The notes: generated from the sequence alone by a model not told the origin. A DNA stretch of 50,919 nucleotides, filler included, from Basidioascus undulatus (GCA_000826855.1; 5 parts of 5 records of this genome joined end to end with filler, not necessarily neighbours in it); one strand, 5' to 3'. Shown: positions 11,455 to 24,888, numbered from the whole stretch's first letter. Numbers and translations: made by a program.

Positions 11455-14400
11455 ATGATCGACCATCTTCTGGGGCGTCCGTCCGAGTCTTGGAAGCGCA
11501 CTCAGGTCAGTAATGCTTTTGCGGTTCGAGATGAATAGAAAAAGGCATCCTCGAGTACTCAAATCCCATGCCCGCACATAGGCGATTCTGGTCATCATCT
11601 TCTGGACCTGGCGGCTCATCAAGGGCAACCCGAACGGGCCCCCAGTATGGAAGCTGAAGTCGCTCAATCGCAGGCTTCGTGAGTGCTTTCTTGAAGATTG
11701 CAGATGGATGTGGGCGTACTGTGGGAAGCACGGGCTACGGGGCGATGAGGAGCTTGTGGTTGGAGCCGTGGCTCCCACCGCGCGTGCGACGCGCCTTGTC
11801 GTCGTCCATCGTCCTGCCCCATCTGCTCCTCGACTGACGCTGTCTTCCAGGACGCTTCTCACCATGGCAGATCATCATCGGCACGCTCACGGCCCTCTAC
11901 GCTATCCGGCATTTTGACGTCTTGCTAGGACTGGGATGTACGTCCTTCAACGCTGTGCATCAAAGGGTCCCTGTGGAGCTCATTTTCCTACGACTTTTGC
12001 AGCACCCGAACCTCTCGCTCACCTCTACTCCCGCTCGTACTACCGCGCGACGTGGATCGCGACGAGCCTGGATGCAGGATTCGTGACCGCGATGATGATC
12101 AGAGGCCCCAAGTGGCTGAAAGATCTTGCCGCTCCCGTGTTCGGCATCTACTATCTTTTCTTCGCGGAGGAGGGCGAGGAGAAGGTGAGGGCTCTCAATT
12201 CCACACCCACGATCCGCGTATGCTGACGAAGTCGCTATCCCTCAGTTGCGGAAGTTCCGTGCGACTTGCACGGTCGAGATGTTGCGGTCCACTTGGGAGA
12301 AGACGACTAACCCCTACGTGCGTCACACGCCATCTACTCGAGCGTCTTCGCATGTAGCTTAACCTTAAACCACTGTCAGATTCGTGCGGTTACACGGCTC
12401 CACCGACCACGCGTCGCGTTCGTGCGCAAGATCCTGCTGCCCCGTCCTCGCGGCTCACCGCACACAAAGCCGATCGCAGGCATTCTCTTCTTCGACGGGA
12501 CAGCGGAAGAACTCACGCGCTGCACCGATCTCATCCTCGACTTCCCCGGCGGCGCGTTCGTCTGCATGAACCCGCAGCACCACGAGGAGCGGCTTCGGCA
12601 CTGGGCCAAGGGCACGAAGCGCGCTGTGCTTGCGCTCGACTACGGCAAGAGTCCTGAATGTGCGTATACACTACCGGCGTAGTTTTTTTTGCTTCGGTCG
12701 CTGACGAGAAGCCTGCTAGACCCCTACCCTTGGGCTATCGAGGAGGGCTTCGACGCGTACCGCGTGCTCGTCGAGAGCAAGGGCCGCTTAATCGGTATGG
12801 GCGGCGAGAAGATCGACATCGTCATGACTGGCGACTCCGCGGGCGGCAACGTACGTTATTCGACATTGATAGCCTGGGCATTGCTGCATTACTGACGTTT
12901 GAACATTTCCAGATTGCGACAACCGTGATGTTCAAGGTAAGCTGGTCGTCTTGCCGCATTCGCGATGCACGACTGAGCAGTGGAGCATCCTGAAGATCAT
13001 CGAGTCTTCCGTGCCTATTCAACACCCCGTCTCCATCGTCCTGACTTATCCCGCGCTCGACTTCAGTGCGTACCTCACTTTCGACTGACGCTGCCACAGT
13101 GCTGACAACCTTTCACGACGTGCTCCTAGACTTCACCAGCTGGATGACCGACGCAAATCTCCGCGTCCTTCGGTCCGAGCAGTCGACCGCCAATATCCCC
13201 AGCCTTCTCGAGTCCAAAGACCACATGCGGCACCGCTCGCCCTTGGCGCTCGTTCAAGACACCGCCCCTCGCCTTCGCCACCGCCGCAGCTGGACGCGCA
13301 GTCTCTCCGGCAAGTTTCCGCTCTGGGCGGCGGCGACTGGCAACAGCAACGCCGGCTCGGCGTCGGCGCCCAGCTCGCCACGTTTCCGCCAGTCCTTCTC
13401 TCGCGCAACGACCTCTCAGCGCCCTCTCAACGGGAGCATGACGGCGCCGACGCTCACCGTCCCGCTACCGCAGCTCACGCCCGGAGAGCATGATGCGGAT
13501 GATGAGGGCGAGGGCGACGTCGAAGACGAGCGCGAGTACTTCCCGCTCGCCGAACATGAGAAGCCGCTGTACGAGCGCGTACTGTACGACCCGGCGGGCA
13601 CGGCGCAGGAGGAGCTCCAGGCGGAGCTAAGGAAGGAGGAGGCGCGCATGACGCAGAGGATTAAGGGCGGCAAGAAGGCGCCCATCGGAACCCGGCTCAC
13701 AATGACCAGCCGCACTGGCTTCTTCCAGGACCGGTGCGCAGTGGTTTCGCTTCTTCTCGCTGAGGTCTGATCCGCTCACGGCGCTCGCTCTGCAGCATCA
13801 TCTCCCCGAGCATGATGCGCGCCAGCGCGATCCTCTACATCGGCCCCAAGAACTCGCCGGACTTTGCGAGCGACTACTACCTCTCGCCCATCCTCGCGCC
13901 GGCCGAGATCCTCGCCAAATTCCCCACAACGCTAATTATCTGCGGGTGCGTGCTCTCGCCTACTTTGTACCCAACCCTGTAGACTCACTCGGCTCGTGGC
14001 TTCTGTAGAGAGCGCGACCCCTTCGTCGACGACTCGCTCATCTTTGCGGGCCGCCTGCGCGAGGCCAAGCTTGCCCGCAAGCGCGAAGTCGAGCGCACGC
14101 ACGCGGCGCCGAGCGCTCGCTTCGGCGAGGGCCTGCGGATGAGCGCGGACAAGGGAAAGGACTCGCGGAATGGTCAGCAAACTGCGCCGGAGGATGACCC
14201 GATCTTGGAGCAGGACGAGGAGGACTGGGTTCAGCTGCGGATCATTGAGGGTACGTCTTCTCAAGTGTGCCTCGTCAGTGAGGCAACAAGCTTATCTACT
14301 GGCGGTATAGGCACGAGTCACGGCTTCCTGCAAATGACGGGCCTCATGCACGACGCGCTCGAGATCGTCAAGCTGATGGGGCAATGGATCAGGGGTGCGC

Positions 14401-15089
14401 CTTGTTCTCACACTTCGTTTCCGCAGCACCCAAGACTGACTGTCGCTTGCTACGCAGAATCCTTCGAGAACGCCGAGCTCGCTCGGTCCGAACCCGAGCG
14501 CGGCCCACACGTCCCGCCGCCGCCGAGCACGACCGTGCCTGCGAAGGCGAACGGGCGTCCCGCCCTGCAACCAGCGCTGACCGAGGTCGGCCCACCGATA
14601 CCGGCGTCCGAGTCGGAAGGAGACCTGGACGCGCCGCTGACGTTTACGACCAAGAAGCGGCGCTCCCCGCCGGCCAGCCCGGAGCCGCGCCCGTCGTCCG
14701 AGGAGAGCCTGGCTGCGTCGACGTCGACACCGCCCACGTCCGCCGGGTTCGAGTCGCCCTTCGCTGGGCAGCCCGCGCTCGTCTCCTGGTCCACCTCATC
14801 TCCCGCTCCGAAAATCACCAACCGCGAGTTCTTCTCGCCGCCCATGTCTCTCAGCGGCTCGAACGGCGGAAGCAACGGCGGCGGCGTGAGCGGCAGCGCG
14901 AGCACTGGAGCTGGGGCAGGGACCGGAAACGGTGGTGCCGGCTCGCGCCGCGACAGTGGGACGAGCGGGAGCGAGAAGAACAAGTTCTTGCTGAGCGAGG
15001 CGGAGGTCCTTCGTCGGCGCAGGGTCGAGGCAGTTATGGGCATGGGCGAGACGCGGAGTGGGGTGCCGTCTGACAACGAGGAGGCGTGA
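11455..15089 (+). CDS. Hormone-sensitive-lipase (HSL)-family alpha/beta hydrolase
   Basis: Starts MIDHLLGRPSESWKRTQ. Oxyanion motif LILDFPGGAF, LDYGKSPEYPYPWAIEE, nucleophile GDSAGGN (about 12830), acid motif CGERDPFVDD and His motif GTSHGFLQM are all present. Multi-exon, with the stop at 15087-15089. Confidence 0.88.
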
Positions 15090-16805
15090 ATTGGTGGATG
15101 AGGGGGGATCTCTTGTTCGCCTTTTTAGTCTATTTGCAACAGTTTGTTGCTCTGCATGTTCTCTGTTGCTCTCGATTGTCTGTTGGAGTTTCACTTTCTA
15201 GCATCATTCTCTCGCAGCTGTTCTCTGCCTTCTTCGGACCGTATCGTACCCTTTTCAACGAAGGCTCAAATATACATGAACTTCTAATGTCATGATTGTG
15301 GCCGGACGCAACGCAAACTTCGGCTACGCCTTGCGGATGCGCCATCCCTCCTTTGGACGTTTGGATAAGGGAAATTGGGAACAATCAATGCTGTGAAGCT
15401 GCAGGGGTCCTGTAAAACTTGGGACTTGTATGTACACGTGATTGGTTCGACACCTGGCGCTGAGGATCCGTACCGAGGCCTTAAGACGTTTTTTACAAAG
15501 CATGATCCCAAAGTCTGTGGTGTTTAGAAGGAGTGCGGACAATTTGAGAAGCGCTTATGTCAGAAGGGGGATTGGCAGCCTTGGAAGTAAAGCATCACGC
15601 AGCTGTAATATAGTTCGCAGCACGGACGATGCACGATGCAGCTTGTCGGTGCCTCTTCGACATTGGTCAGGACGTTTCATGGGAAACTTGAAACTTGAGA
15701 TGTACAAAAACTACGCTGAGGGCGAACGGCGGTTAACTGTAGACTGGAGACCCAGCCTTGTTACCTTCGTGCATGTGGGCATTCGTTGCCAATTTAGCGG
15801 GCAAAAGGTTGTTCTTTACCGTCGCATCATGCCTTATGCAGGATTTCATGGAATAAAAGAACCTTTGATTAGCACTCTGTGTCACTCTCATCGTTGGCTG
15901 TGATGATACGCTGTTATACGGTGTATCACGGCCCACGGGCGTGCTGCTGCCGCCTGCTGACTTAGTCATTTCGAAGCTGCCTGTCATGTATCACAGTTTT
16001 TGTGGCTCTCTATTCTCACAACGTTCTCAGCTGCTTTAAAGCACCAGGATTTGAAAGGTGTTAGTAAGCAAACATTGTGTTCGCCCGTCGAGACTGCACC
16101 GGACGTGTGTTTCAAGTGTCTCCGGACCTGCCTTCAACATTAACAGATCTTTCAGGTATTCAATGTGGTCGTGACTTAAAGTGTTCCAGAGCTACATGGT
16201 ACATGCTTCATTGGGTAACCACACGCTTCAATGGAGTCAAGGAAATGAACACAATAGCTAGGGGCAAGCTGGCCCCGGATGGGAACACAAGGACTAGGAG
16301 TGGTGCCTGTGGAAGACCTTAGATCAATTGGACGCAGATAAAGTGCAGCAGATAAACGTACACAAAGTGATATCAGAATGGTGTCAGAAAGTATGCCCCA
16401 ATTGTTCGGTTGTAAAACCACGAGAAAGGTGGCCAGCGTAGTATACATTTGCAACTTGCTCAGCCCTGTTTCTTCCTTAAAAGTTTCAAAAATACTCCCT
16501 TGGCGAATGATACGCTATCTCGGACACTGGCGTCCACCCGGTCATGGCCGACGAAGAAGTGCTCGGTCCTGAAGCTAGGATTGACAAATTCCGTTCAAAG
16601 AAGAGGGGACTTTTAGCAGACCTGTTGCCATTTGAAAGTGCTGAGAACATACAGATTAAAGTTTCTCTTGCGGTAGTTTAGTTCCCAAGCGAGCACGACC
16701 GCCTCGGGATTGTACTCGAAAACAGGGTTCGACCTGGCCGGCCGGAGCCGCGCCGACAGATGTTGCGTTCCTGCTCGGTAGTACCGTTCAGTGCCATGAG
16801 CATTG

Positions 16806-16862
16806 GACGGGAAATCAAACTTACGACGGGAAATCAAACTTACGACGGGAAACCAAACTTAC
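16806..16862. repeat. 19-bp tandem repeat x3 (GACGGGAAATCAAACTTAC)
   Basis: Two identical copies and a third with one substitution, read directly from the sequence. Confidence 0.9.
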
Positions 16863-19800
16863 TCGTTGATGAACACCTTGGCTGGGACCCGTAGGTGGCC
16901 AGAGTCCGGCCAGATGTCCCACTGATAGCCTTCCCCGCAACCGGAGAGATACCAGGTAACGGTAAAAGAAATATCGTCGTTGACATCTTCTACATATCCT
17001 ACTTGCTGTACCTGCAAGATATGAAGCCGAGGCTCGTTATACATCAAGATCCCGAGTACTGTGAAGAGTACTAGACGCACGCCGGTGGTGACTAGGTCCT
17101 TGAACGGCTACGCATCTCTCTTCTATACCCGAAAGAAGCACCAATTCCGATCTGGAACAGGTGTACAAGATCAGTACTTGAATGAGCCGTGGAAAGCAGC
17201 TCACGCACCGCAATCAAGGCTACCGCCAGAGCTGCGAAACGTCCGAAAAGCGGAATCGCGTGGACGCCCAGACGGCTTTGAGCCAACCCCACGGCGCCTT
17301 CAGTCCCATAGACCCTCAAGGCGCCTACGAAGGCATCGAACAAACTGATAAGGGCTTGCAGCATAGGCCTGACAAACTGTAAGATGGTCTCTAGTCTGCT
17401 GTGGCCCTGTGGGAGACGAGGTCTTTGAGGTCGTGGGTGGTCAATCTTCCCAACCGCAGCCGGTCGAACTTTGCCATAGCACCACGACTGTTGACATTGG
17501 TTTTCGCCCGGTCCGCTGCAAGCATGTATAATCGACCTTACATAGTACTCCAGTCTTGAAAACTTCCGTTTTGGCGTGGCCCATGCTCGTTTCTGGGAAT
17601 AAAGGACAAAAGTCGTCGAGGATGTGGTCGTAGTTGCCTCGAACGGGGTATCTTCGGGGCGGCCGGGGCGGTTTACATGTAGAAACGACTCCGGACGTGC
17701 TGCTTGGCAGCGGAATGGGCGCACAATAATGCCGTGCCACATTCTGTGCACCGGGGACAGCTTAGTAGACTACTGAGCAAAACCTATGACTACGTTGAAA
17801 AAGAGAGTTAATCAAGAAGCTTGCGGATGTCCTCTTGCCATCCTTTCTGGAGCGACCGCACGCTGTTCAGCGCACCTCTGAGAGGATCACAGCTTCTCTC
17901 GGCAGCACACGCAACAAGCCCATGAGAATTTGAGATTAAACCACCCATTTATTGAGCCAAAAGGATAGGACAAGATGAAGTCTCCCGGAGTCTTGGGATG
18001 GAGTTCGCATGAGCATGAACAACGATGCGCACAGTGTTATCTCATATGAGACTGTGCGCACTCCCCACGAAGCGAGGCCGCAACGGGTGCGTCGCAGGAC
18101 GGTGCATACATATCCGACGGTTCAGCTGTTCTGACTTCAGTATCGCTTTACGAGCGTAACTGCAGAAATTGTTTGTGACCGTATTGCCTCGGGCCGTGCA
18201 GGATGCTCGGGCGATCTTGAGAGGTGAGGCTGAATAGCCTGCGAGAACAACGAGCCCCTGTTCTATTGGTAAGGGTTCCTGTACTAGACAAGGACCAAGG
18301 TATTTAGATCTAAAGTCTAGCAATACTCAGTGGTCCGTATCACTACAGCGTTCGATAAGACTACTCGGTTATCCAAGTTGGCCTTCTTCGGTCTTGCCTG
18401 CTTTACTCCGGCAAGCTTCAGACATCCGAACATCTTATCTATGTATTGAGAGAAATAAATGCCTACATGTCTGAGCGCCCATAGCTCACGTATACCAAGC
18501 CCCAGACATCGCAACAGTCCCTCATCACAAGCACTTGTCAAATCTTAACAGACGTTCTAGTTTCAAGATCCCATGAGCTGAATGATCTCCAGCCACTTTT
18601 TTGTGTAAAGAGGAGGCCAGCAGCTACCACGAGCACGCTCTATCCGACTTGAAGCTGCAAGCCCCATTGTGCTACGCAGTCTTGCACTCAGCACTATTCT
18701 CAGCAAGACCGCACGCAGTCAGTCAGAATAAATACAGACTGTGGCACACTCAGCAGCAGCTTGCCTCTCCAGAAACCTCATGATCGCAGGCTTGATCACC
18801 GGTCCGTTGGGGGAGTGCAACCCCTTGCTGGTGATGATGATCAAGGCCGCCCATTGTGCTCATTCATCTTCTCGAAGAAAGAGTCAGAAAGAGCTCATGA
18901 AGATCTAACATATCTTCTGGAAGTTCGTATTTCGGAGCGTTAATCGTCCCTGCAGACACGATGTCCTCCAGCTTCAGCCCGTCTTTTGGCAGGATCACTG
19001 CAAGAGGAGTTCACCCTTGTTCATCTCCAAAGCTTCCTGCCTGACCAGGTCCCAATCGCTTGAAACTGGAGGAAATTTTTCATGAGTTCAAAGGAAGGAA
19101 ATTTGCAGGAAGCATGTCCACACTGCTGTGAACGGCAACCCATCCACACGCTGCCGGATACGTGCTGGCCGGTGTGGCTGGTATCTCGCAGCCTCAGACG
19201 CCTAAAAGGTCCCACCATAATTATAACAGAAAGACGCTCGGGTATTAAAGCATACTTGCCACCGGAATACGCCCTCAGGCAGTCAGTGTCCAGTAGGGGG
19301 CGCAGTATCGTGTGTTGTCCTGCATAACGGTCGTCGAGGCGGGTTAAACAAGCAAAGGCAGATCCCTTTCTCCAGTCTGAAACTGCCTTCTTCTCGGGAC
19401 GGATGCGACAGAATGTATGTTTATGTGAATAAGGGAAGCCCGGGTTCATACCCACTGCGAGTTCGCAGTCGTCGACACGTCGTTACCTAGCTTCAAGTTG
19501 TTTTTTCAAGCGCCAGCTGAATTCTCTGGGCTAAATTGAGAAGTGCTTCCACCTCTCCCCCAAGTGCCATAAAATTCTGGACCTGATAACTCTGTCCGGG
19601 AAAAAAGATAGACTAAGGACGAGAAATCGAGTTCAATTCGTTGTTCGTTCGGTGCCATCCGCAAAGCTTCCGCCCAGCGCCTGCTGAAGCCTGGAGGATG
19701 GGATGTGCCACAGGTGGCATCCAGCAAATGGCTCTCCTGTCCAGAAATAGGTTTTTTTATTCTCGACATTTATGTCCGAGGTGGGCGAGCAAACGTTGCG

Positions 19801-20653
19801 GTAGGGCCCGAAAACAAGGGCCCGTGGATTGGCTGCGCTACCGTCTTAGAGCACATTGGTTATTCAGATTTGCTGTTCTTGATTGGTAGCCCTTCAACAA
19901 CTAAATGAAGATCTGCACAATGACTCAAGTGCATGAAGCTCAGTAATCACTTTCAGGAGCTCTCACATGGCGGTGGCTGAGGCACGTATGCGTGTTCTTC
20001 GAGAACCCTTCATACTGGCATTTCAAGCACTCGCCGCCCACCGTATCTTGAGAGCAATTGAAAATATATAGGGAAAAGCGTGAGAGCTACAGGGGGGGAC
20101 TGGAGCTGGGCGATCATGCGGAACTGGCTTTGAGCGCTGGAAGAGGGGCGTCCCGCCCTCCCGACTTGTTTTCGTCGTTACCGTGTTGCTCTCCACCGCC
20201 TACGGGTGGCGTTCACAGCAATTCAGAAGCTCTAATGCAGCCGAGGGACCCACTGCCTCGCCCGGCCGTTCTCTTTCCTTTGCGCACATTCTAGTCCCCG
20301 ATGGCGTACCCCAAAACTTTCCGCAACTCAACAGCACCCGACCGAGCCACAAAGCGCAAGGGTAAATGGGCGTGTGCATCGTAAACACGCAAGCAGGCAA
20401 GCAAGCGGGCAAGCGGGTGGGGTTGCCGAAGAAGGTGAATTGATGAGGCAAGGAAGAAAAGATGCTAGTGTGGGATGGGATGCGTGCGAGTGGACGTGGA
20501 CGTGGCCTGACGTGACGAGGTGTGCGCGCGGGTGCGTAGATTAGGCTGCTGCGGAGTACGGACGGACGGACGGGGAGACGGACGAGGGGGCAGGGGCAGG
20601 GGTGGGGCAGGGAAAGAGGAAGAGGAGGGGCGATGCGGGCGGAGATGGGTTTA

Positions 20654-22301
20654 TTCTGGAGAGGCGAGGAGCGGGAGTCAGTAACGTGGTGGAGTGAAAG
20701 GTAGAGAGCTGATGCAGGAAGAGTTGGAGACAGGGAGACAGGGGACACGCACAGCATATGATGCACCCCTCGTCCTTTGCCTGCTGGCGGGTCGGTCGCT
20801 TCCCTCCATTCCGGCGCTGGTTACCGAGGCGCTTGAGCTCCGTCAGTCGCTGCATCGCGCGCTTGTTATCCTGTGCTGCGGCCTACCCGCACCATCCACC
20901 ATCTCAGCGCGTCAGCTCCAGTCCAAGTTGGCCCGTCACCGCCTCCCCAGCGACGCACCCGCATGTACCACCGCTTGGCAAGCTCAATGTCTTGCTTGAC
21001 GCCGATGCCGACCTCGGAGTAGTACCCGACGGCATATTCCGCCTTCGCGAGGCCCTTGTTCGCGGCCTTGCGCGCCCAGAGGTACGCCTCCGAGTCGCTC
21101 TGCTTGAGGACGCCCTCGCTCCCTGTGAGGTACCATCCGCTGAGGGCGAGCTCCGCCTCGGGGTCGCCCTGCTCGGCAGCGCGCGTGTACCACGCGATGC
21201 TCCGGCGCGGGTCGACCGGGCACGTGAGCGTGCCGTACTCGTACGCCGTGCCGAGCTTGAACTGGCTCTGCGCGTACCCGAGCTGCGCCGCCTGCGTGAA
21301 CAGGTCCAGCGCATGCGCGTCGTCCTGCATGACGGAGCCCGGCACAGGCCGCTCGTAGAGCAGCCCGAGCTCGTGCAGGGCGTGCGGGTTGTCCTCGTCC
21401 GCCTGGGACGCGGCACGCTTCAGCCAGGTGACGGCGTCGCGCGGGTTCTTGTTCACGCCGAGGAGGCCGTTAATGAGGATGACGCCGATCTTGTACATCG
21501 CGGCCGTGTCGCCGAGCGCAGCGGCCTTGCGGTAGAGCTCGCACGCGCGGGGGAGGTCCTTGCGCGTTCCCGCGCCGACCTCGTTGCACACTGCAGCGCG
21601 GTACGTCGACGGCGGGTGGTTCTGCTTCGCGGCCTGGAGGTAGAGCTCGTACGCGCGCTGGTAGTCCTGTTGGAGGCCGAGCGCGCCCGAGCCGAGGCAG
21701 TTGGCGAGGAAGAACTGGGCCTCGGCGAACGGCTGCCGGCCCTGCGTCGCGAGGCGCTTGACGAGCTTCACCGCCTCCGCAAGGAGCGCGTCCCGGTACT
21801 TGTGCGCCCCCTTCGGGTTCGTCTGCGCCTCGTCGTCCGCAATCTTCTTCGCGGCCGTGATGAGGTACTTGGCGAACGCGAACTGCGCTTCGGGATCCGG
21901 GTCCGCCTTCATCCGCGCCCGGTAGTCGTCCACGAACTCGCGGTTGTACGGCATCTCGTTCCGCGGCGGCGCCGTCGCGGCGTTGCCCTTGCGTTTGCTC
22001 GAGGACGGAACGGCGCCGGCGCTCCGCGCCGACATGCTCGTCATCGACGTGCCCGAACGCGCGAGGCTCGGCGTCCCCGACCGCGCCGTCAGCGTCGTGT
22101 TTGTTCGCTGCAGGTCCGGCGCGGACGCCCCATACGGCGCGTATCCGTACGGGCCTGGCGGCGGGGGCAGGGGCGGGGGGACGCCGTACGGCGTGCCGAG
22201 GACGTCGGACGCGGCGGAGTAGTAGGGGTTCGGGGGAGGGGAGGGGTAAGGTGAAGATGATAGGGTACGCTTGCGGACGATGGGGAGGTGGAGGCTCAAT
22301 G
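20654..22301 (-). CDS. Sel1-repeat chitin synthase activator (Chs4/Skt5-like); 5' end lost at contig break
   Basis: Successive Sel1-like repeats (EAQFFLANCLGSG, AMYKIGVILINGLLG, ALHELGLLYE, SQFKLGTAYEYG, EAELALSGWYLTG, AEYAVGYYSEVGIG). After intron 20958-20883 the protein continues AAAQDNKRAMQRL...EGCIIC, and the stop T|AA is split by intron 20752-20656. Confidence 0.9.
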
Positions 22302-22401
22302 NNNNNNNNNNNNNNNNNNNNNNNNNNNNNNNNNNNNNNNNNNNNTTAATTAATTAANNNNNNNNNNNNNNNNNNNNNNNNNNNNNNNNNNNNNNNNNNN
22401 N
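22302..22401. other. Artificial contig spacer (N44 + TTAATTAATTAA + N44)
   Basis: 100-nt block with stop codons in all six frames; identical to three other spacers in the window. Confidence 0.97.
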
Positions 22402-22681
22402 CACCTCCGCGCTCTTCACAGCAGCGAACCGCCGCTCCTCCGCGGCCGATCTCCTCGGCGCGGCGGGCGAGCTAAAAGCCGCGCCAGTCGAGGCACGCGT
22501 GCCAGTCCTCGTCATGCCCGCCCCCCAGAGGAGTGCGAGCAGGGCGAGCAGGCTTACCCTCCGCCGTAAGGCCACGCGCAAGACGCCTGCGGGGACGAGG
22601 AGCCTCGCGGTCCATCCAGAGGTCGCAAAGGATATGACCGAGGACGACTGGGCTACGCTGCTGGTGGAGCACTTCGGATGA
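22402..22681 (+). CDS. 3' fragment of an unidentified protein
   Basis: Open, GC3-rich frame from the contig edge to TGA at 22679-22681 (...EVAKDMTEDDWATLLVEHFG*). Confidence 0.45.
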
Positions 22682-23854
22682 AGAATTCGGGAAGAGTCGG
22701 GGACATATGGTAGGGATTTGGGCAATTGGGAAGAACTGTGGACTGTGTTCGTCGACGGCGTGAGAGGAGCGATGCTAGTGCGCATGGGGGCTACGTAGTA
22801 GCGCTGAAAGTGGCTCGCATGGGCGATGCTCCGACATTTCTACAATTGCCCCGTTTGTTTATTGTTTGTTAATGTATCATCCGTCAATGCAACCTCTGCC
22901 GCCGTTTCGCATTCTCTAAGTTCTCAAGGCGACCAGAGTGCTGTATAGGATGTGCTGGACTTGACACTCGTCTCGGCCGTTTCCACATGCTCCCTTCGAT
23001 AAAACATTTTGAATCCCAAAATATAATATTTTATTCGATCGAGTGCGCCGTCTTCGGCTTTGCACTGCTGATTTTTACCCACTTGGGTTCATTCAGCAAG
23101 CCCGTGCTTGGCATGCAGTTTTCCGGGTTTCCATCGGGCGTCCAGTCTAGGATTCCTGGGTTCAATGGGAATGCGAACTGGATGTGATATGAGTCTTGTG
23201 TTCTCTTATGGCAATGTCATTAGCGCTCTTCAAGCCCCGGCATTCGTGCCTCGGACGTTCGCCTCGGACGTTCGTGTACACTTCTGGCTCTTTGTTCTCT
23301 CCCGATATCTCTCCACCATCATCACATCGTTTCTCTTTTCCAGTCGTCCGACCGCTTTTCATGTCTGAACCAGCCGTGGACGATTTTCAATCGCGACAAG
23401 TGCGGTTCTGGCCGCTTCCCCTCGCAGCTCCTACCCTTTTTCGCCTTATGGTGATATGTACGTCTTGTCAATATTAGAAGGAAATACGATCGAGGATAGT
23501 CGATAGGGTCTGAATGGCATTCCTTCAATCACCCCACAGCGAATGCACCGCCCTCTATGCGGACCTGACGCCCCCCCAAGCGACCCTCACCTTCACCTCG
23601 TCCATCTCCGCCTCCGCTGCCCTGCGTACCCTCAACCGCACACAGTTCTGGAAATGCCCAGTCAACGTCTCCCCGCCGCCTACGTCCCGCCCGCCAACTT
23701 CGTCTCCACCCCGGACCCGTCGCCGCTCGAGGCGGGCGAGCACCGCTCCCCCAAGCGGCCCAAACACCAAAGAAGAAGCAGCCGCATCAACCGCCCCATC
23801 CCTCCCTACCCAAAAAGCCTCGCCTTACCGCAGAGCCCGCCGCCGCTGCTCTGC

Positions 23855-23900
23855 CTCCTCCGCCTCCTCCGCCTCCTCCGCCTCCTCCGCCTCCTCCGCC
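23855..23900. repeat. 9-bp microsatellite (CTCCTCCGC) x about 5
   Basis: Directly visible; the coding status of the surrounding ORF 23543-24094 is unclear. Confidence 0.8.
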
Positions 23901-24409
23901 TAGGGGCCCTGCCGCCGTCCGCCTTCAGATCGCACGCGGGATGCCCCCCGCCGGCCAGCGGCGCCAATATCTTCAAGGGGGGAAGTCCAAAGTGTCCGTC
24001 CTGGGGGGGGCGCGTGGGTTCCGGAGCAGGAGAGGGACAGGGCTGGCCCTGCAGGTCCGCCAGTCCTGAAGCGGAGGAGGTCCGATCCGCCTGAACCGGA
24101 TTACGGTTGGGTCGCAGCGCCGCCGGAGGCGGAGGAAGAGGAACCTCCTCGTCCCTCTCAACCCTCTCTTCCCCGCCCATCTTAACCCGACCGCCAACCC
24201 GATCTCGACCCCGACCCTTGTGCGACAGCTGCCGCCTCACTTCTCTCTAACCTTGTGCTTCCCCCTCTTCCTACACCTGTCGAGTCCCCCTACCCTGCAC
24301 CAACACCCACGCCCACACCATTGCCACCCCCATCAGCGAAAGCCCCGTCTCCCTCGCTCCCCTCCACAGCGCGCTCCAGTCCGCTGCGTCCGCCTCGGGC
24401 GGAGCGTTC

Positions 24410-24509
24410 NNNNNNNNNNNNNNNNNNNNNNNNNNNNNNNNNNNNNNNNNNNNTTAATTAATTAANNNNNNNNNNNNNNNNNNNNNNNNNNNNNNNNNNN
24501 NNNNNNNNN
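24410..24509. other. Artificial contig spacer
   Basis: N44-TTAATTAATTAA-N44. Confidence 0.97.
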
Positions 24510-24610
24510 ATCTTCCTGCGGTCACCCTCACCCATACTCTGCTTCATCTTCCTTACCACGTGCATACCCGATTCATCTGCATCTGCTAACACACTTCCCC
24601 TCACGCACAG

Positions 24611-24888
24611 CCGACCTCCTCCAAGACCTCCTCCACGACCAAGTCCCCCTCGCCCTCCGCGCCCTCCGTGACTCGGTGCGTCTCCCTTCTCCTTGCACCC
24701 CGACCCCGCCCCCTTATCCGCATCCCTCCTCTCCTCCTCCTCTTCTTCCCTCCCTTTCCTCTCCCACTTCCCCGCTCTCCACCTTTCCCGGCACGCTGAC
24801 CCCTTCGGAACATAGCTTCGGCAACCTCGCGATCCCCCTCGTCGCCATCTCGGGGTACCTCATCTGGCGGTTCCTCTACGCCAACTGA
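24611..24888 (+). CDS. 3' end of a tail-anchored membrane protein (possibly cytochrome b5-like)
   Basis: Two exons give a Ser/Thr/Pro linker followed by the hydrophobic terminal helix FGNLAIPLVAISGYLIWRFLYAN*. The identity is inferred only from this tail architecture. Confidence 0.4.

Noticed and set aside
17255..17310. Segment translating as PDGFEPTPRRLQS, reminiscent of an antisense tRNA
   Set aside because: The reverse complement lacks a TTCGA T-loop and a consistent cloverleaf.
20758..22254. 498-aa plus-strand ORF, and similar long antisense ORFs over CTR9, the homeobox gene and the lipase
   Set aside because: Shadow ORFs opposite GC3-rich real genes; Arg/Ala-rich with no motifs.
22346..22357. 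TTAATTAATTAA palindrome recurring four times at about 2.1-kb spacing
   Set aside because: Synthetic linker embedded in N runs; not a biological repeat, CRISPR or homeodomain site.
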